Of a DNA stretch of 64,000 nucleotides, positions 26,240 through 37,766 are shown piece after piece. The notes under the pieces are model-generated. The model saw nothing but the letters and a program-made list of their open reading frames with translations. It ran no database searches and was not told the origin of the DNA. Location: assembly GCA_026914245.1 (NCBI GenBank), contig CP110439.1, positions 2,046,001-2,110,000 on the forward strand. Direction: 5' to 3'. The position numbers and the translations under genes are program-made. The DNA is from Puccinia triticina. Its lineage: Eukaryota. How positions within the stretch are numbered: position 1 is the first letter of the stretch; the number at the start of each line of letters is the position of its first letter.

Positions 26240-26783
26240 ACATTTACCATTTTTCTATTTTCTGAATCATCAAAACAGATATCAGCTCTAAATTCTGAAA
26301 CTCTTGGGGCTTAAATCTTTCAAGTTGGGGGAGGAACTCACATTCTTTCAAAAAGTCACTCTTTTATCACCCTCCTCCCACCATCAATCTCACAGTACAC
26401 AATTCAGAATATCTCAAAATTCTATGGAAACCTCCAACTAAATCTACCTCCTCAGCAAGAGTTTAAACTGCTTATCAACACTCGTTTTTAAAAAACCACA
26501 CTCTTTTTACTTTTTTTCTTTCTTACAAATAACTCACTTTCTTTGAGGTTGAGGACAACCTCTATAAGTTGGGGGAGGGGGTCTGGGGGGTTTAATTTCA
26601 CGAAGAAGAGAAGAAAACATTTTTTTGGTTTTTTTTTTACAAATTATGTCAATTTTTTTTGGTTTTTTTTATGTTTTTACCCCAAACGGACAGTGACAAC
26701 AGCCTCTACGACAAAGAAAGACAAGAAACCTTAGTATAAATAAATACATAGAAGAAAAAGAACGAAAGAAGGAATTAGCTCAC

Positions 26784-28182
26784 TGTAGTAGTTTACGCAT
26801 CCCGAACAACCTGGCGTATGGAAGAGCGGTACTCCTCCGAGACTGCTTGGAACACGTGGATTCGCTGAATACGACCTCCCTCGTTCTCGGTCGGGGTGCG
26901 TTGACAGTAGGAAATGAAAACGCGGGCAAAAGTCTGATACAACCGAGTATAAGCTTCCGGGTCAAGGCCGGGAAGTGGAGCAGTTTGAGTCGGAACCGAT
27001 TGCTGGCGTGGCTCCAGGAGAACCTGAACCTGGGTGTCACTCAAGAATGGGAGATCGCCATGGGGAAAGAAAGGAGTATGGGCGGGACCGGAAGCCTGAG
27101 AGGCGTTTTCGGAATCCGTTATGCCTTCCGCATCGGCATCGGAACCGAGCATGGGCGGGCGATATAAAGCCTCGACCTCTGGCAACGCGGGTCGGAACAT
27201 CCACCCGGGAAGAGTCGACCAAGTAGAATCCCACTCGGGAGTTGGAGGGACCTGACCATAAGCTTTATTAGCAACAAGAATAACCTTAATACAAAACAAA
27301 GGAAAAGAGACTTACCCCACCCAACCACTCGAAGAGTTGGTCCAACTCGTCTTCGGTCTCACCAACCTGAGATTGATCGGCGTCTGAGCCACCAGAACGA
27401 TCGGAGCGCCTCTCCGACGCAGCAGATCCAACGGACGAGCTACGGCAACTCGTAGCCGGGGTCGTAAGCGGGGAAGGTTGGGGGGCAGGAGGGACAAGCC
27501 AGTCGTCCCCGATAAGGACCCGATTGGACTGGAAAAAAAACTGTGTAGACTCAAGAGCTTAGCAAATGGATGAAAAAAAAAAAAAAAAAAAAAGAACAGC
27601 GAAAGGATACTCACCGGGTTCTCGGTTGGCTCAGTAGCGGGAGAATAGGCTGGGGAGTCTGTCCCAGACCTCCAGCCCGGGCTGCGAGGGCGGTAAACGG
27701 GAGAGGGGAAGAGAGCATGCGAACCCGCAACCGGGGACCAAAGGCGCGGGTGGAGTCCCACCAAACCAGGTGGAACCCGCGATGGGGAAGGCGATGGTGT
27801 GCGGGGGACATTCGGGGACCCTGGACGGTCATCTGGGGCAATAATCTTGACAATATTGGATTATCAATACAATACCTACGATACCGATACCGATAAGAGT
27901 AAAAATATAAAAAGGACTTACCGCTGCTACTTCAGCTATCGCATCTCCATCGACAGTGAAGGGGCGCTCGGGAATTGCAGCCCCATCCTCGCGAGTTCGC
28001 CTAACGCGGGCCCGAAGGCTGTGAGATTGTTCAAAAGACTCCATTCGCTGCCTGGTCCATTGAAACCAGGATGGGGTGATAACATCACCTCGGTAGATCG
28101 GTCCGTCCATAATGATGATAGGATTATGGACAGATGAGCCCGGCTGGAATGAAGCAAAAAGGTTCAGAGCAGGAGTAAGCAA
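26784..28182 (-). CDS. Spliced antisense cargo gene of unknown function inside element D; extent approximate
   Basis: Minus-strand donors GTAAGT (27921), GTGAGT (27614), GTAAGT (27315) and GTGAGC (26783). The first three are followed by short pyrimidine-rich introns ending in YAG, and they separate GC-rich open frames. Confidence 0.55.
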
Positions 28183-30688
28183 ACGATCTAAAAACGAGCA
28201 AAATTAGGAAAACGCACACGGCTCGGGGCCTCTGAAGAGACGCCTTGGCTTCTCAAAGGATAAGGCGACGAATGAAAATAAGTTCGGTAATAAGTACGGC
28301 GGGGCATGGTTTCTAGCTGGGGTAAGGAAAGCAAGATTCTAACAAAGGTGGAAGCGACCTGGGCGAGGAAGTGGTTGATGGTAGAAAAGTCAGGAGGGGA
28401 GGGAGCTCTTTTATACTTGGCCGGGGGGGGCAGCGGGCACTCACCGGATTATATGTACTTTCCTCTGACCCACTCCCTGACTTACAAAAAGAACTGGTCC
28501 ACCCCCATCTCGAGTCGGAAGCGTCGTTCGATGCAACCCGTTGTGAAGCCAGATAGAACCGAAGCCGAGAAATGGGGGCCACTGTTTGACTATGGACGCA
28601 CGTACACATACGGGCCCACGAAGAGATGACGAAAAAGAAGAGAGAAAGACGACGTGGTCGTCAGTCTCGCCATCTTAGCGCCGGCGAAAAAGAAAGAGAA
28701 GAAAGGTCTGTACTCACCGCAGAGTATGGGCTATTGAGTCCAGAATGCAAAGCTGTCCGCGGCGGTGGTACAAGAAGCGCTGTGGAAGTGAAAACAGGGC
28801 TTTCAGCTGTCAGATCTGGGATACACAAATGAATCTTTTTTCTTTTTCGCATTCTTGGAACTAGGAAGGAATGGGCCCCGAGTCAAAGAACCCCGAGCAG
28901 AAAAGAAAAAGAACCTACGTCAAATAATGAAAGTGGTCCGAGGTTCAAGCAATCGACCTGAGGAAATTGAGTTGGCCAGCGGCACCGGTGACGTAGTCGA
29001 AGGAGCCGGAAGATCGGCGAAGTCGGATTGAGAAGCATCTGCTGGCGGAGGTCGAGTCGATATATCGATACCCCCCCCAAGGGGTAGGGCCGATATACAT
29101 ACACATACCCCGTGGCGGGGTGGGAGTAAACACTCGAGACCCGAACGCGAGGTTGAACGTTCGCAGCACCGCAGTCCTCTTGTCGGATTACGCGTAATCC
29201 GACAAGACAACTGCGGCGCATTGGATGAACTCCCGCGGGACCCTAATAACTTCGGGCGGGTATGATCAGCACTGTGTACCCGGGCCCCAAGCCCGACCAA
29301 CCAATCATCAGGAGGCGGGGTCGAGTCCCCGATCACTACTTGTACACCGAGGCGCGCGGCCTCAATAGCGCGCACCCTAGGGCGCTAGAGCAACAGCTGC
29401 GGCCGTCACCACAGCACAAGCATCACCCCTGCGCAGCTGCGCAACTGCGGACTGCGGACTGCGCACAGCACTTCAACTCCCAGAACCAACAAAAAGTTAT
29501 TGTCAAGAAAAACCCCAAAATTGACAAAAATCAAAAATTTGGCCAATTTTCACCCTGCGCAGCCTCTCAAGCCACGTGGCCCAGAAGACGTCAAAATGAC
29601 CAATTCTCCAAGAATTCTGCAAATCACCACCTAAATTCACCATGTCACAGGTTCAAAAGTTGACAGAAAGCACTTTTCACGTCGAAATTGTCTGGGGACA
29701 GACAATAAGTTGGGGGAGGATGTGGTAGACGGAAAAGTGGAAAAATAAAAAGTTTTTTTTCTATGCCACATAATTACTCATACTTTTTTCTATGCCACAT
29801 AATTACTCATACTAGGCCTCAAGATACCATCAAATGGACCCCAGAAATGGGTTCTACGGCCAATTTTACCCTTAGTCACCACTGGAAGCACCCCTGGACC
29901 CCCTCTAGCGTGGAAGTTACATCTCATGGACACCTATCACACGGCCAGCCCCAGTAACCCAGCTGTCACCTGCCTCAACCCAAGTTTCACAGTAGTACAC
30001 TTATACATATCACAGGATACAAACATACATCTCCCTGTCAGGCTACACTCATTACATATTAACTACATACACTCCTTTATATACATAGTATGACATCATT
30101 TACACTGTTTCTGCAGCCTCAGACTTTGTGTATACACTAATTCCCCCTGTATGACAGCTCATGCAGTCTACTGTCACCTCATGCATGCGTTAGAATGTTC
30201 TGTTGTATATTCTGACACCATTCATGCGCCCCTGAGGGGCTATGACATCATTTGTATCTACTCCCACCAGCTAAAATCCCTCACCCTGTTGTCTAGATTA
30301 GCTGAAACCCTAACCCACAAGCCCCTTTGGGGCTCCCCTTTTGTCTATAAAAGGAGCTCTCTCCACCCCCAGTGGCCTGCTCCCCAGTTCCTCACCCAGA
30401 ACTCACAAGTCACCCAACACTCATCCACACTCAAATCCTAAAACCCTTATAACAATAAATCAACCCTTATAACAACATTTCAACCCTTATAACAAAGTAA
30501 TTGAAACACTTACACGTTGCCAGTCAAACAGATTTCATCTGGAACAGACCAGACCTATCACTTAATAAAACTTGCCAAGCTGAGCTTGGTGGGTCTTGTT
30601 GACTGATAACAGAAGGGCAGAGCTTGCAACTCCATCATACCCTTCACCATTCAGCAAAAGGGTTTCATTACCACTTTTGAGTCTTACA

Positions 30689-30982
30689 TCGTGTAGTGGT
30701 CTCGTGGTGCCAGAGAAATGATCAATAAATCGTCGGTAAAAGTTGGCAAAACCAATGAACCGTTGAAGTTCTGTGACGTTGGTGGGTGCCGGCCATTCAG
30801 TCACGGCCGTGACTTTCATCGGGTCCATACGCAACCGGTTGCATGAAATCAAGAGGCCTAAATATTCAACCTCGTCCCGTCCAAACTCGCACTTCTCGGG
30901 TTTAAGCCATAGGTGGTGCTTGCCCAACGTTTCCAGTACACTACTAACCGCATCCTCATGATTAGACCCCTTTTGTGTGTAG
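30689..30982 (-). pseudogene. Gypsy B pol, middle segment (RT C-terminus)
   Basis: LKPEKCEF...YLGLLI...LQRFIGFANFYRRFI...PLHD joins both flanking pol segments once the insertions are removed. Confidence 0.92.
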
Positions 30983-31277
30983 TATTGAGGGTAAAAACCT
31001 TGATTTCATTGCTTCCCCCCCCGGACCTCCTCTTGACTCCCGCACACTCCAAATGTGGAGTTTGTCCACCCCACACTCCAACACCCCCCCTCAAACTCCA
31101 CACCTCCAGATACAACCATAGAAAGATTTGAGAGAAAATGAAAAAAGAATTGGAAAACTGAGTGGGGATAATGAAGAGAACAAAGGAAGAACAATTTGAA
31201 GGAAACTGAGTGGAGATAAAGACGGAGAGACAACAAGATTAAAGAAGAATCACAACTGAAGATACAACAAACACAAT

Positions 31278-34200
31278 TTAAGGAAAGATTTTGGCCATTG
31301 ATGTCGAGTGAAGATTTGCGCGCAGAGGTTTGGTAAAGAAATCAGCGATGTTGTCGGATGTGGAAACCCAGTGTAGTTTTATCCCATTTTCACGGACCGC
31401 GTCGTTCACAAAAAAGAAGTTGCGTTCGAGGCTTTTCATCCTGCCCTTGGATGCGTTGTCGTCAGAAACCAAAACTGCCGCGTGGTTATCGCATTTGAGG
31501 ATTATTTCTGGAGTTGAGTCGAGAGATCGAACAATGGGAATGAGAAACAACAAGAAGTCGACAGCCGAACCAATTGAGATGAATTCCGCAGCACATGTTG
31601 ATGTTGCTACGACCTTCTTTCGTCGAGATCCCCAGGCGATAGGACTGCCCAAAAATTTGATAATGAAACCTGAGGTGGAACGTTGATATTCCCCCCCCCA
31701 GTTAGCATCTGACCAAGTAACTAGCTGGTTGTCGGTGTGTTCCAGTTTTAGTCGTTTCGATCTTGTGGTCGAGATATACTGAACAAGGTGTTTGAGGCCG
31801 CTCCAATGGGTTTCATCTGGGTTGGAACTGAAACGTGCTAGGTAATTTACCGCAAAACTGAGATCGGGTCGAGACCCCAATGCGAAGTAGTTCAGCGATC
31901 CAATCAAAGATTGATATAGGGTCGCATTAACCGGTTCTCCCGAAGATGTTACCAGATTGTCGCCAGCAAGAGGAGTGTACGTCGGTATGACCTTCTGTTG
32001 AACTTCCGCTTGAAACTTCTTGATCGTCTGGTCGATTAACAGCGGTTGGCTCAAGAAAATCAATCCATCTTCATATTCCATTTTGATACCAACAAGTTTG
32101 TCCGGTCTGTTGTCCCATTTAACCCGTAAATTGGACTCGAGTTTCTGACGGAGGATCTTGAGTGCCGTATCATCGTTGCTGAAAACAATCCCGTCGTCGA
32201 CGTGGATCCATATGATTACAATTGAATTGCCCTTCTTATACCTGTATAAGCATTCCTCAACCTCGTCGCAGGTAAACTCCCACGCTTCTAGAAGACCTTT
32301 GAAGTGTTTCCACCAGCATCTACTTGCTTGGCGGGTCCCATACAACGCTTTCTTCAATCGGAGGACTTTGCCTTTCAGCTCCGGAAAAAGTTTGGTTGGA
32401 GGATCAACATAGATTGTCTCGTCTATCGGACTGTGCACGAAGGCGCCGGTCACGTCGAATGAGTCGATCTTCCATTTGTTGACGATTGATAAGGTCAGAA
32501 GGAGCCGTAATGTCGTCAGGGATGCCGTGGGTGCGAAAGTAGACTTCACGTCCCGTCCGATCCTTTGCTTGAAGCCTTGGACAACAAACCTAGCCTTCAA
32601 TTTCTCAACCGATCCGTCCGATTTACGTTTGATATCGAAAACAAAGCGGGTGCCGATGGAATGTTTATTTTCTTTTTCTTCTATCTCGAAGGTGTCGATC
32701 TGGACCAGTTGGTCCCACTCGGTCATGCATGCCGCACGCCAAGAATCCCGTTCGGGGCATGCCAGTGCGGACTTCAGATTCGTGGGAATGTCAGCGTCCG
32801 AAATCGCTTGGATTGAATCGAGTTGATCATCTTGAGCGTCACATATCTCCTTTGTCGGCTCCTGGCCGAGGGTAAGAGTTCTACGAGCAGAAGGAAAATC
32901 AGGTGAATTTTTGGGGCCAGGGATCAGCAATTTCCCTTGAAAGTCAATGAACTCAGCACACTCTGAGTTTATGACCCTTTTGGTCTCCGGGTTCCAGAAG
33001 AACCATCCACGCTCATCGTCCTGGTAGCCGACTAGGTATCCGAGCCAACCTCGTTGATCTAACTTGCGGCGGCGTTCCTTGGGTATGTGCACGACCGCCT
33101 TGGTGCAGAATGGGTAAAAGGAAGGCCCCAGGGGTTTTCGATCAGACCAAAGTTCGAGGGGTGTCGTTTTGCAGCGCGCGTTAGGTATGTGGTTAATCAG
33201 GTAGCACGCGCATTTGTATGCGTATGACCAGAGAGAGTCGGGAAGTTGAGAATGCTTCAGGGTCGTACGGGCTATGTCACCGAGGGTACGATTCAATCGT
33301 TTGGCTTCGCCATTTTGTTCAGGTGTGTACAGAGAGGTGAAAATTATTGATGTGCCGACCGAAGAGAGGTATGTCGAGAAGGATTGGGTTGTGTACTCCT
33401 TAGCATTGTCGCACCGGATGTATCGTGGAGCCGATTTGAAATGGTATATAATCCGCTTGATGAGAGATATAATGATAGAGGGTACTTTGGAACGATTTTT
33501 CATGGGAAAAGCAAACGAGTAGGTGGTCGCGTGGTCTTGCACAGTGAGTAGGAATCGATTGCCGTTGATGTCCGGGTCGAGCGGTCCCAGCACATCAGTC
33601 ACAAGAAGGTCTAGTTTGTCGCTCAAAGGAATAGATTCTGGGAGGTGATGACGGCGTTGTTTGCTCTTGGATAATTTGCACGATTCACATATAAATGGAG
33701 TCCAGGATTTGATGTCGAAGTGTGGCACGAATCTCTTCAGAAATTGTTTGACGATGTCGTCCGAAACGTGCCCAAGTCGGCAATGCCAGTCGAATGATGG
33801 ATTAAAAACAGGAATAGGGGGAGAAATCGATTTAATAGAGGAACAAATGGGTTGAAAAGCGCCGGACGAGATAAACCAAGAACGGTTACGATACGTGGCC
33901 GTGATAGATATAAAGGAAGAGGTTAGGCGGATGTCGTTGTTCGGAAGGAACGCCGGGCGGAAACCGGAATCAATAAATTGTCCCAAGCTAAGAAGTGTTC
34001 CCGTCATGTCCGGGCTGTACAGGAACTTCGGCACCGCCAGTGTACCAGCCCCATTGGTTATCCTGAGGTGACCACTGTGTGTCGCAGTCATATAACCATT
34101 TGACGAAGCGAGATTCAGTCTCAAAGGCGGTTCCAAAGCTGTCATAAGAGAAAAATCACGGAAAGAGCCGCTCACGTGATGGGTCGCCCCAGAATCCAAA

Positions 34201-35798
34201 ACCGTGCCTGCGCCAGCGGCACTTGTCGCATCCGCACCCACTGCCGATCGAACCGCCGGAAATTCATCAGGCCGAGTGGGTGGGTCGTTTGGAAGTGCGG
34301 CTTGGCGGGCGAAACCGGAAACGGGGCGACCATTGACGGGGGTATTGGGTTGTTGCAGACCGGCGTCTCTGCGGAGGATCAGACAGGTCGATCTCCAGTG
34401 ACCCAAGCCCCCGCAGTAAACACAAGGTCTCCCTGCGAGGAGATTGGGGTCGCTGGGTCCCGTATTTCCTTTGTGAATGTTGTTGATGGTGGAAGCAATG
34501 TCATTGATCGTCGGATTGCCTGGTCGACCAACGTTTTGATTGTGGGTGTTGTTGTTGGGCTGTTGTGGTCGTTGGAATGATGTGTTCTGTTGTCGGGATT
34601 TCGGGTTGTTGCGTTGTCGTCGGCCTTGTTGGTTTTGCCCAAAGTTTTGCTGTGGGGCACCCCATGGATTGGCTGTGGTCTGACTTGGTCCCGCTTGGAA
34701 AACCGACGGAACTGTTGGTCCAGCTGAATCAAATCGAAGTGATTCACCGTATGCCGACGTGATGATGGCTTGAATGTCTCGCGCAGATACGTCGGCTTTA
34801 TTACCGAGCTGCAAGGAGATGTTCTGGAAAAGCTGCGATCGAGACATCGATGTCGGGGGCGGGACAATACTTTGGAGCACGAGACTCTCCACGAGTGGCG
34901 AGAGTGGAGCGCCGACCTTTTGTAGATCGGAAAATATGTCAAAGGTTTTATTGAATAAACCGGGTATTTGCAAAGGCTCGGTATTAGGGCCAGAAATGCG
35001 CAATTCCAAGAGCTTGTCGACAAGTTCCATCTGGCGAAAACGGATGGTCCCCTGGAAGTTGGACTGGACCGCTTCGTAGGCTTCGGTACCAGTAGTGAAC
35101 CGATCAACCAGGGATGACAGTTCGTCATGTACCGTGATTTGAATGAGGAAAAGGAGGCAGGTGTTCTCCTGTGCCGATAGCTTGGTGTAGTTCTCCACCT
35201 TGTCGAAGAAATTAGCGTGGCCAAGCGTGAGAAGAATGACCCGAGTAAGGCCCCGTTTCCATTTGTTGAAGTTGGAGCCGTCGGCCAACAGCAGTTCCAC
35301 ATCTTGCTTGTAGATACTCGGTTGTTGTAGGAATTCGGTTCTGGGTGAGATCTCGGTTGTTGTAGGCTGAGACATAGGAAGGGAGGTCGGTCGGTGCCTT
35401 AGTTCGAGTTCAGATATGGTGGATGAAGTTTCCGACGAAGAATGTGCAGGTGATGTTCCTCTTGGGTGGTTTGATCTCGGTCGGTATTCCGGCTTTGGGA
35501 TGATGGCTGTGATAGGTAGTCCTAAGGGATTCGGGACCGTCCGGTGACCAGGCAGAAATGGGATCGAATCTAGTTTTTCGTTGTCGATGTGTCGGGTTAG
35601 TGTCTTAGAGAAAATGTAAGAAACGGCCGAAATGAAAGGAGACGGAGGACGATCGTGTTCCTCCTCAACAGGCGACGGCGGGAGTGGGGGTAGTTGGAGA
35701 AGGGCCTTGTAGGCTTTTGTCTGTTTTGGACGTTTCGCACGAGTCGGTGGAGGTAAGGGTCCCAATAGTTCAGGTTGTTCCCAACGAGTATTGACCAT
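31278..35798 (-). CDS. Copia Gag-Pol polyprotein, 1506 aa
   Basis: CCHC knuckle CVYCGGLGHWRSTC, protease LDSGA, integrase WHCRLGH...CESC...CDNAKE, RT LKKALYG...IHVDD, RNase H SDANW...STSG...NIADFFTK. Confidence 0.96.
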   Translation of the reverse strand: MVNTRWEQPELLGPLPPPTRAKRPKQTKAYKALLQLPPLPPSPVEEEHDRPPSPFISAVSYIFSKTLTRHIDNEKLDSIPFLPGHRTVPNPLGLPITAIIPKPEYRPRSNHPRGTSPAHSSSETSSTISELELRHRPTSLPMSQPTTTEISPRTEFLQQPSIYKQDVELLLADGSNFNKWKRGLTRVILLTLGHANFFDKVENYTKLSAQENTCLLFLIQITVHDELSSLVDRFTTGTEAYEAVQSNFQGTIRFRQMELVDKLLELRISGPNTEPLQIPGLFNKTFDIFSDLQKVGAPLSPLVESLVLQSIVPPPTSMSRSQLFQNISLQLGNKADVSARDIQAIITSAYGESLRFDSAGPTVPSVFQAGPSQTTANPWGAPQQNFGQNQQGRRQRNNPKSRQQNTSFQRPQQPNNNTHNQNVGRPGNPTINDIASTINNIHKGNTGPSDPNLLAGRPCVYCGGLGHWRSTCLILRRDAGLQQPNTPVNGRPVSGFARQAALPNDPPTRPDEFPAVRSAVGADATSAAGAGTVLDSGATHHVSGSFRDFSLMTALEPPLRLNLASSNGYMTATHSGHLRITNGAGTLAVPKFLYSPDMTGTLLSLGQFIDSGFRPAFLPNNDIRLTSSFISITATYRNRSWFISSGAFQPICSSIKSISPPIPVFNPSFDWHCRLGHVSDDIVKQFLKRFVPHFDIKSWTPFICESCKLSKSKQRRHHLPESIPLSDKLDLLVTDVLGPLDPDINGNRFLLTVQDHATTYSFAFPMKNRSKVPSIIISLIKRIIYHFKSAPRYIRCDNAKEYTTQSFSTYLSSVGTSIIFTSLYTPEQNGEAKRLNRTLGDIARTTLKHSQLPDSLWSYAYKCACYLINHIPNARCKTTPLELWSDRKPLGPSFYPFCTKAVVHIPKERRRKLDQRGWLGYLVGYQDDERGWFFWNPETKRVINSECAEFIDFQGKLLIPGPKNSPDFPSARRTLTLGQEPTKEICDAQDDQLDSIQAISDADIPTNLKSALACPERDSWRAACMTEWDQLVQIDTFEIEEKENKHSIGTRFVFDIKRKSDGSVEKLKARFVVQGFKQRIGRDVKSTFAPTASLTTLRLLLTLSIVNKWKIDSFDVTGAFVHSPIDETIYVDPPTKLFPELKGKVLRLKKALYGTRQASRCWWKHFKGLLEAWEFTCDEVEECLYRYKKGNSIVIIWIHVDDGIVFSNDDTALKILRQKLESNLRVKWDNRPDKLVGIKMEYEDGLIFLSQPLLIDQTIKKFQAEVQQKVIPTYTPLAGDNLVTSSGEPVNATLYQSLIGSLNYFALGSRPDLSFAVNYLARFSSNPDETHWSGLKHLVQYISTTRSKRLKLEHTDNQLVTWSDANWGGEYQRSTSGFIIKFLGSPIAWGSRRKKVVATSTCAAEFISIGSAVDFLLFLIPIVRSLDSTPEIILKCDNHAAVLVSDDNASKGRMKSLERNFFFVNDAVRENGIKLHWVSTSDNIADFFTKPLRANLHSTSMAKIFP

Positions 35799-35837
35799 AA
35801 ACCGGGTCCGTCGGTGCCAATAGTCGAATGTCGAAGA

Positions 35838-35870
35838 GTAGCTCAGTTGGTGGGCTGAAGACTCTTAATC
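35838..35870 (-). promoter_or_regulatory. Primer-binding site complementary to the 5' half of tRNA-Lys(CUU)
   Basis: The plus strand reads GTAGCTCAGTTGGTGGGCTGAAGACT-CTT-AATC, a tRNA D-arm and anticodon loop, directly abutting the 5' LTR. Confidence 0.75.
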
Positions 35871-35971
35871 TATTGAGGGTAAAAACCTTGATTTCATTGC
35901 TTCCCCCCCCGGACCTCCTCTTGACTCCCGCACACTCCAAATGTGGAGTTTGTCCACCCCACACTCCAACA

Positions 35972-37766
35972 TGTAGATCATGATGTTGTCCAGGTAAGCC
36001 GCTACGTCCTTTCCGATGCGCCCGAGTAGGATGTCTTGGATGAAAAACTGAAAGAATCCCGGCGCCCCGGTCGGGCCGAACGGCATCGTTAGCGGCGCAA
36101 ATTGTCCTGCTTTGCACACAAACGCGAGTTTGTCTTCGTCTCCCTCCGCTACGCGTAAATTCCCGTACGCGTTCCGTAAGTCCAGTTTGGTGAATTTGTC
36201 TGCATTCAGTAGACTGTCCACCAGATCCATATTCAAGGGTAGTGGGTACTTATTTTTAACTGTAACCGCGTTGAGCTTGCGGTAGTCAAAACAGGGCCTC
36301 AGGTTGCCGTCCTTTTTTCCTGTAAATAGCACCGGAGCCGCCCAAGGGGATGTAGTCCGTCTGATGGTCCCGTGTTCGAGGCCCTCGCGGATTAATGTGT
36401 CCATTGCATCATTCTCCGCGGGCGATAGCGGGATAATCCTGCTGGCTTGAGGGGTCGCGCCAGGCAGCAGTTCCACCCGGAAGTCATATTGCCGTCTTGG
36501 TGGTAGCTTCTGGGCTCCTATTTTTCGGAATAGGTGTAGATACCGATGATAGCATCGTGGGATGATTTCCTCCGCTCTTTTAATCGGGTCTGCTTGCTTT
36601 GCCTTTGCTGCGATCCGGGCTGAAGTCGACCATGATGCCTTGGTCGTACCAATGGCCGCCGGTGTTTCAAGTTCTAATGGACATAAATGCTTGCCAGCTG
36701 CTTCATTGAGTCTAAGGGATTGGTGGGGTGGGGACTCACATCGCGGGGGCGTTATCCCACTAAAAGTGCGCACCCCCTCGTCAATTATCCTCGCTTGCCT
36801 CACGGGCTCCTCCCCGTCTAACGAGGCTTTTGTTGGATAAGACGAAGCCGATTCTGCGGCTGCGAAATCCTTAGCCTGGTCCGGGTCATCGGCCGTGGCA
36901 GTGTGGTTCGTCGGTGTCCTGTGGGCAGTGTTTTCTAGGAGAGGATCCTGCTTGCCAGTTGATTCTATAACCGCAGGTAAAGGAATGAAATCGAGCTTAC
37001 ATTGCGGGAGTGCTAACGTGCACGAAGCACACACTCCCTTGTCAATTATCCTTGCTTGCCTCACGGGCTCCCTCCCGTCTGACGAGGCTTTTGTCGGATA
37101 AGACGAAACCGCCGCTGCGGTTGCAATGTAGCCTTCGTCCAATCGAAGTGAATTTGTCCTCCAGTCAATGCGGTGTCCAAATAATTTGATCCAGGGCATT
37201 CCCAATATGCCATCATACGAGTCTTTCAGTTGTGTAACGATAAATTTAGCCGGCTCGGTCGAGTGGTTGAGTCTAAGGTCCAGCTCATACGAGGACCTCT
37301 TAGTCGATCCGTCAAACCCTGCTATTGTCCTGTTGCACGAGGACGCCAGGGCTAGCAGGCCTGTTCTTGCTGCGAACGCGAGGCTCAGCACATTGTGTGT
37401 GGCCCCTGAATCCACCAGAAATCTGGTTGGATGGGAAATATTGGTCGTGGTATGCTCAAGGAGGGTGTGTGGCGCGAGGTTGAAAGAAATGAACAGTCGG
37501 GGATCGATTGTTGTATTACTGTTAACCAAATCACTAGCGCCAACACTAACTAATAGCTCCTTGTGTGAGCTCGGGAGGGGAATACCCATCAGTCCCGAGC
37601 TCCGTCTTTTTTTGACCCTTCCGTTACGCTCCCATTCTTGAACCTCCTCGCTCCGCTTCTCCACTGGTCCAGCTCCTCCATCTCGGCCACGCGTACAGCT
37701 CCCTTCCCCTTGCCCTTGTTGGGGCACTCTTGTGCTCGGTGACCCTGTTTGCCGCAACGAAAACAC
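35972..37766 (-). pseudogene. Gypsy B pol, 5' segment: protease and RT
   Basis: LVDSGAT, GILGMPW, LRPCFDYRKLN, MPFG, and YLDN (D>N at the YxDD motif) just before the Copia E insertion. Confidence 0.95.

Larger units (their letters stand above)
22496..30688 (+). mobile_element. Non-autonomous (gag-only) LTR retroelement D inserted in Gypsy B pol
   Basis: LTRs at 22496-23434 and 29721-30688, near identical, the right copy with a 29-bp duplication. TG...CA ends, TSD TCGT, PPT AAGTTGGGGGAGGA (29707-29720). No RT, RH or IN. Confidence 0.93.
30983..35971 (-). mobile_element. Ty1/Copia element E, full length and apparently intact
   Basis: Identical 101-bp LTRs at 30983-31083 and 35871-35971 (TG...TA on the element strand). 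TSD TGTAG. G-run PPT at 31084-31092. Single long ORF. Confidence 0.97.

Noticed and set aside
22897..30441. Two identical 96-aa ORFs (22897-23187, 30151-30441)
   Set aside because: Both lie inside the paired LTRs of element D, so the identity reflects LTR duplication.
35838..35870. tRNA-Lys gene
   Set aside because: Only the D-arm and anticodon part is present, with no T-arm or acceptor stem. It abuts an LTR, so it is a PBS.
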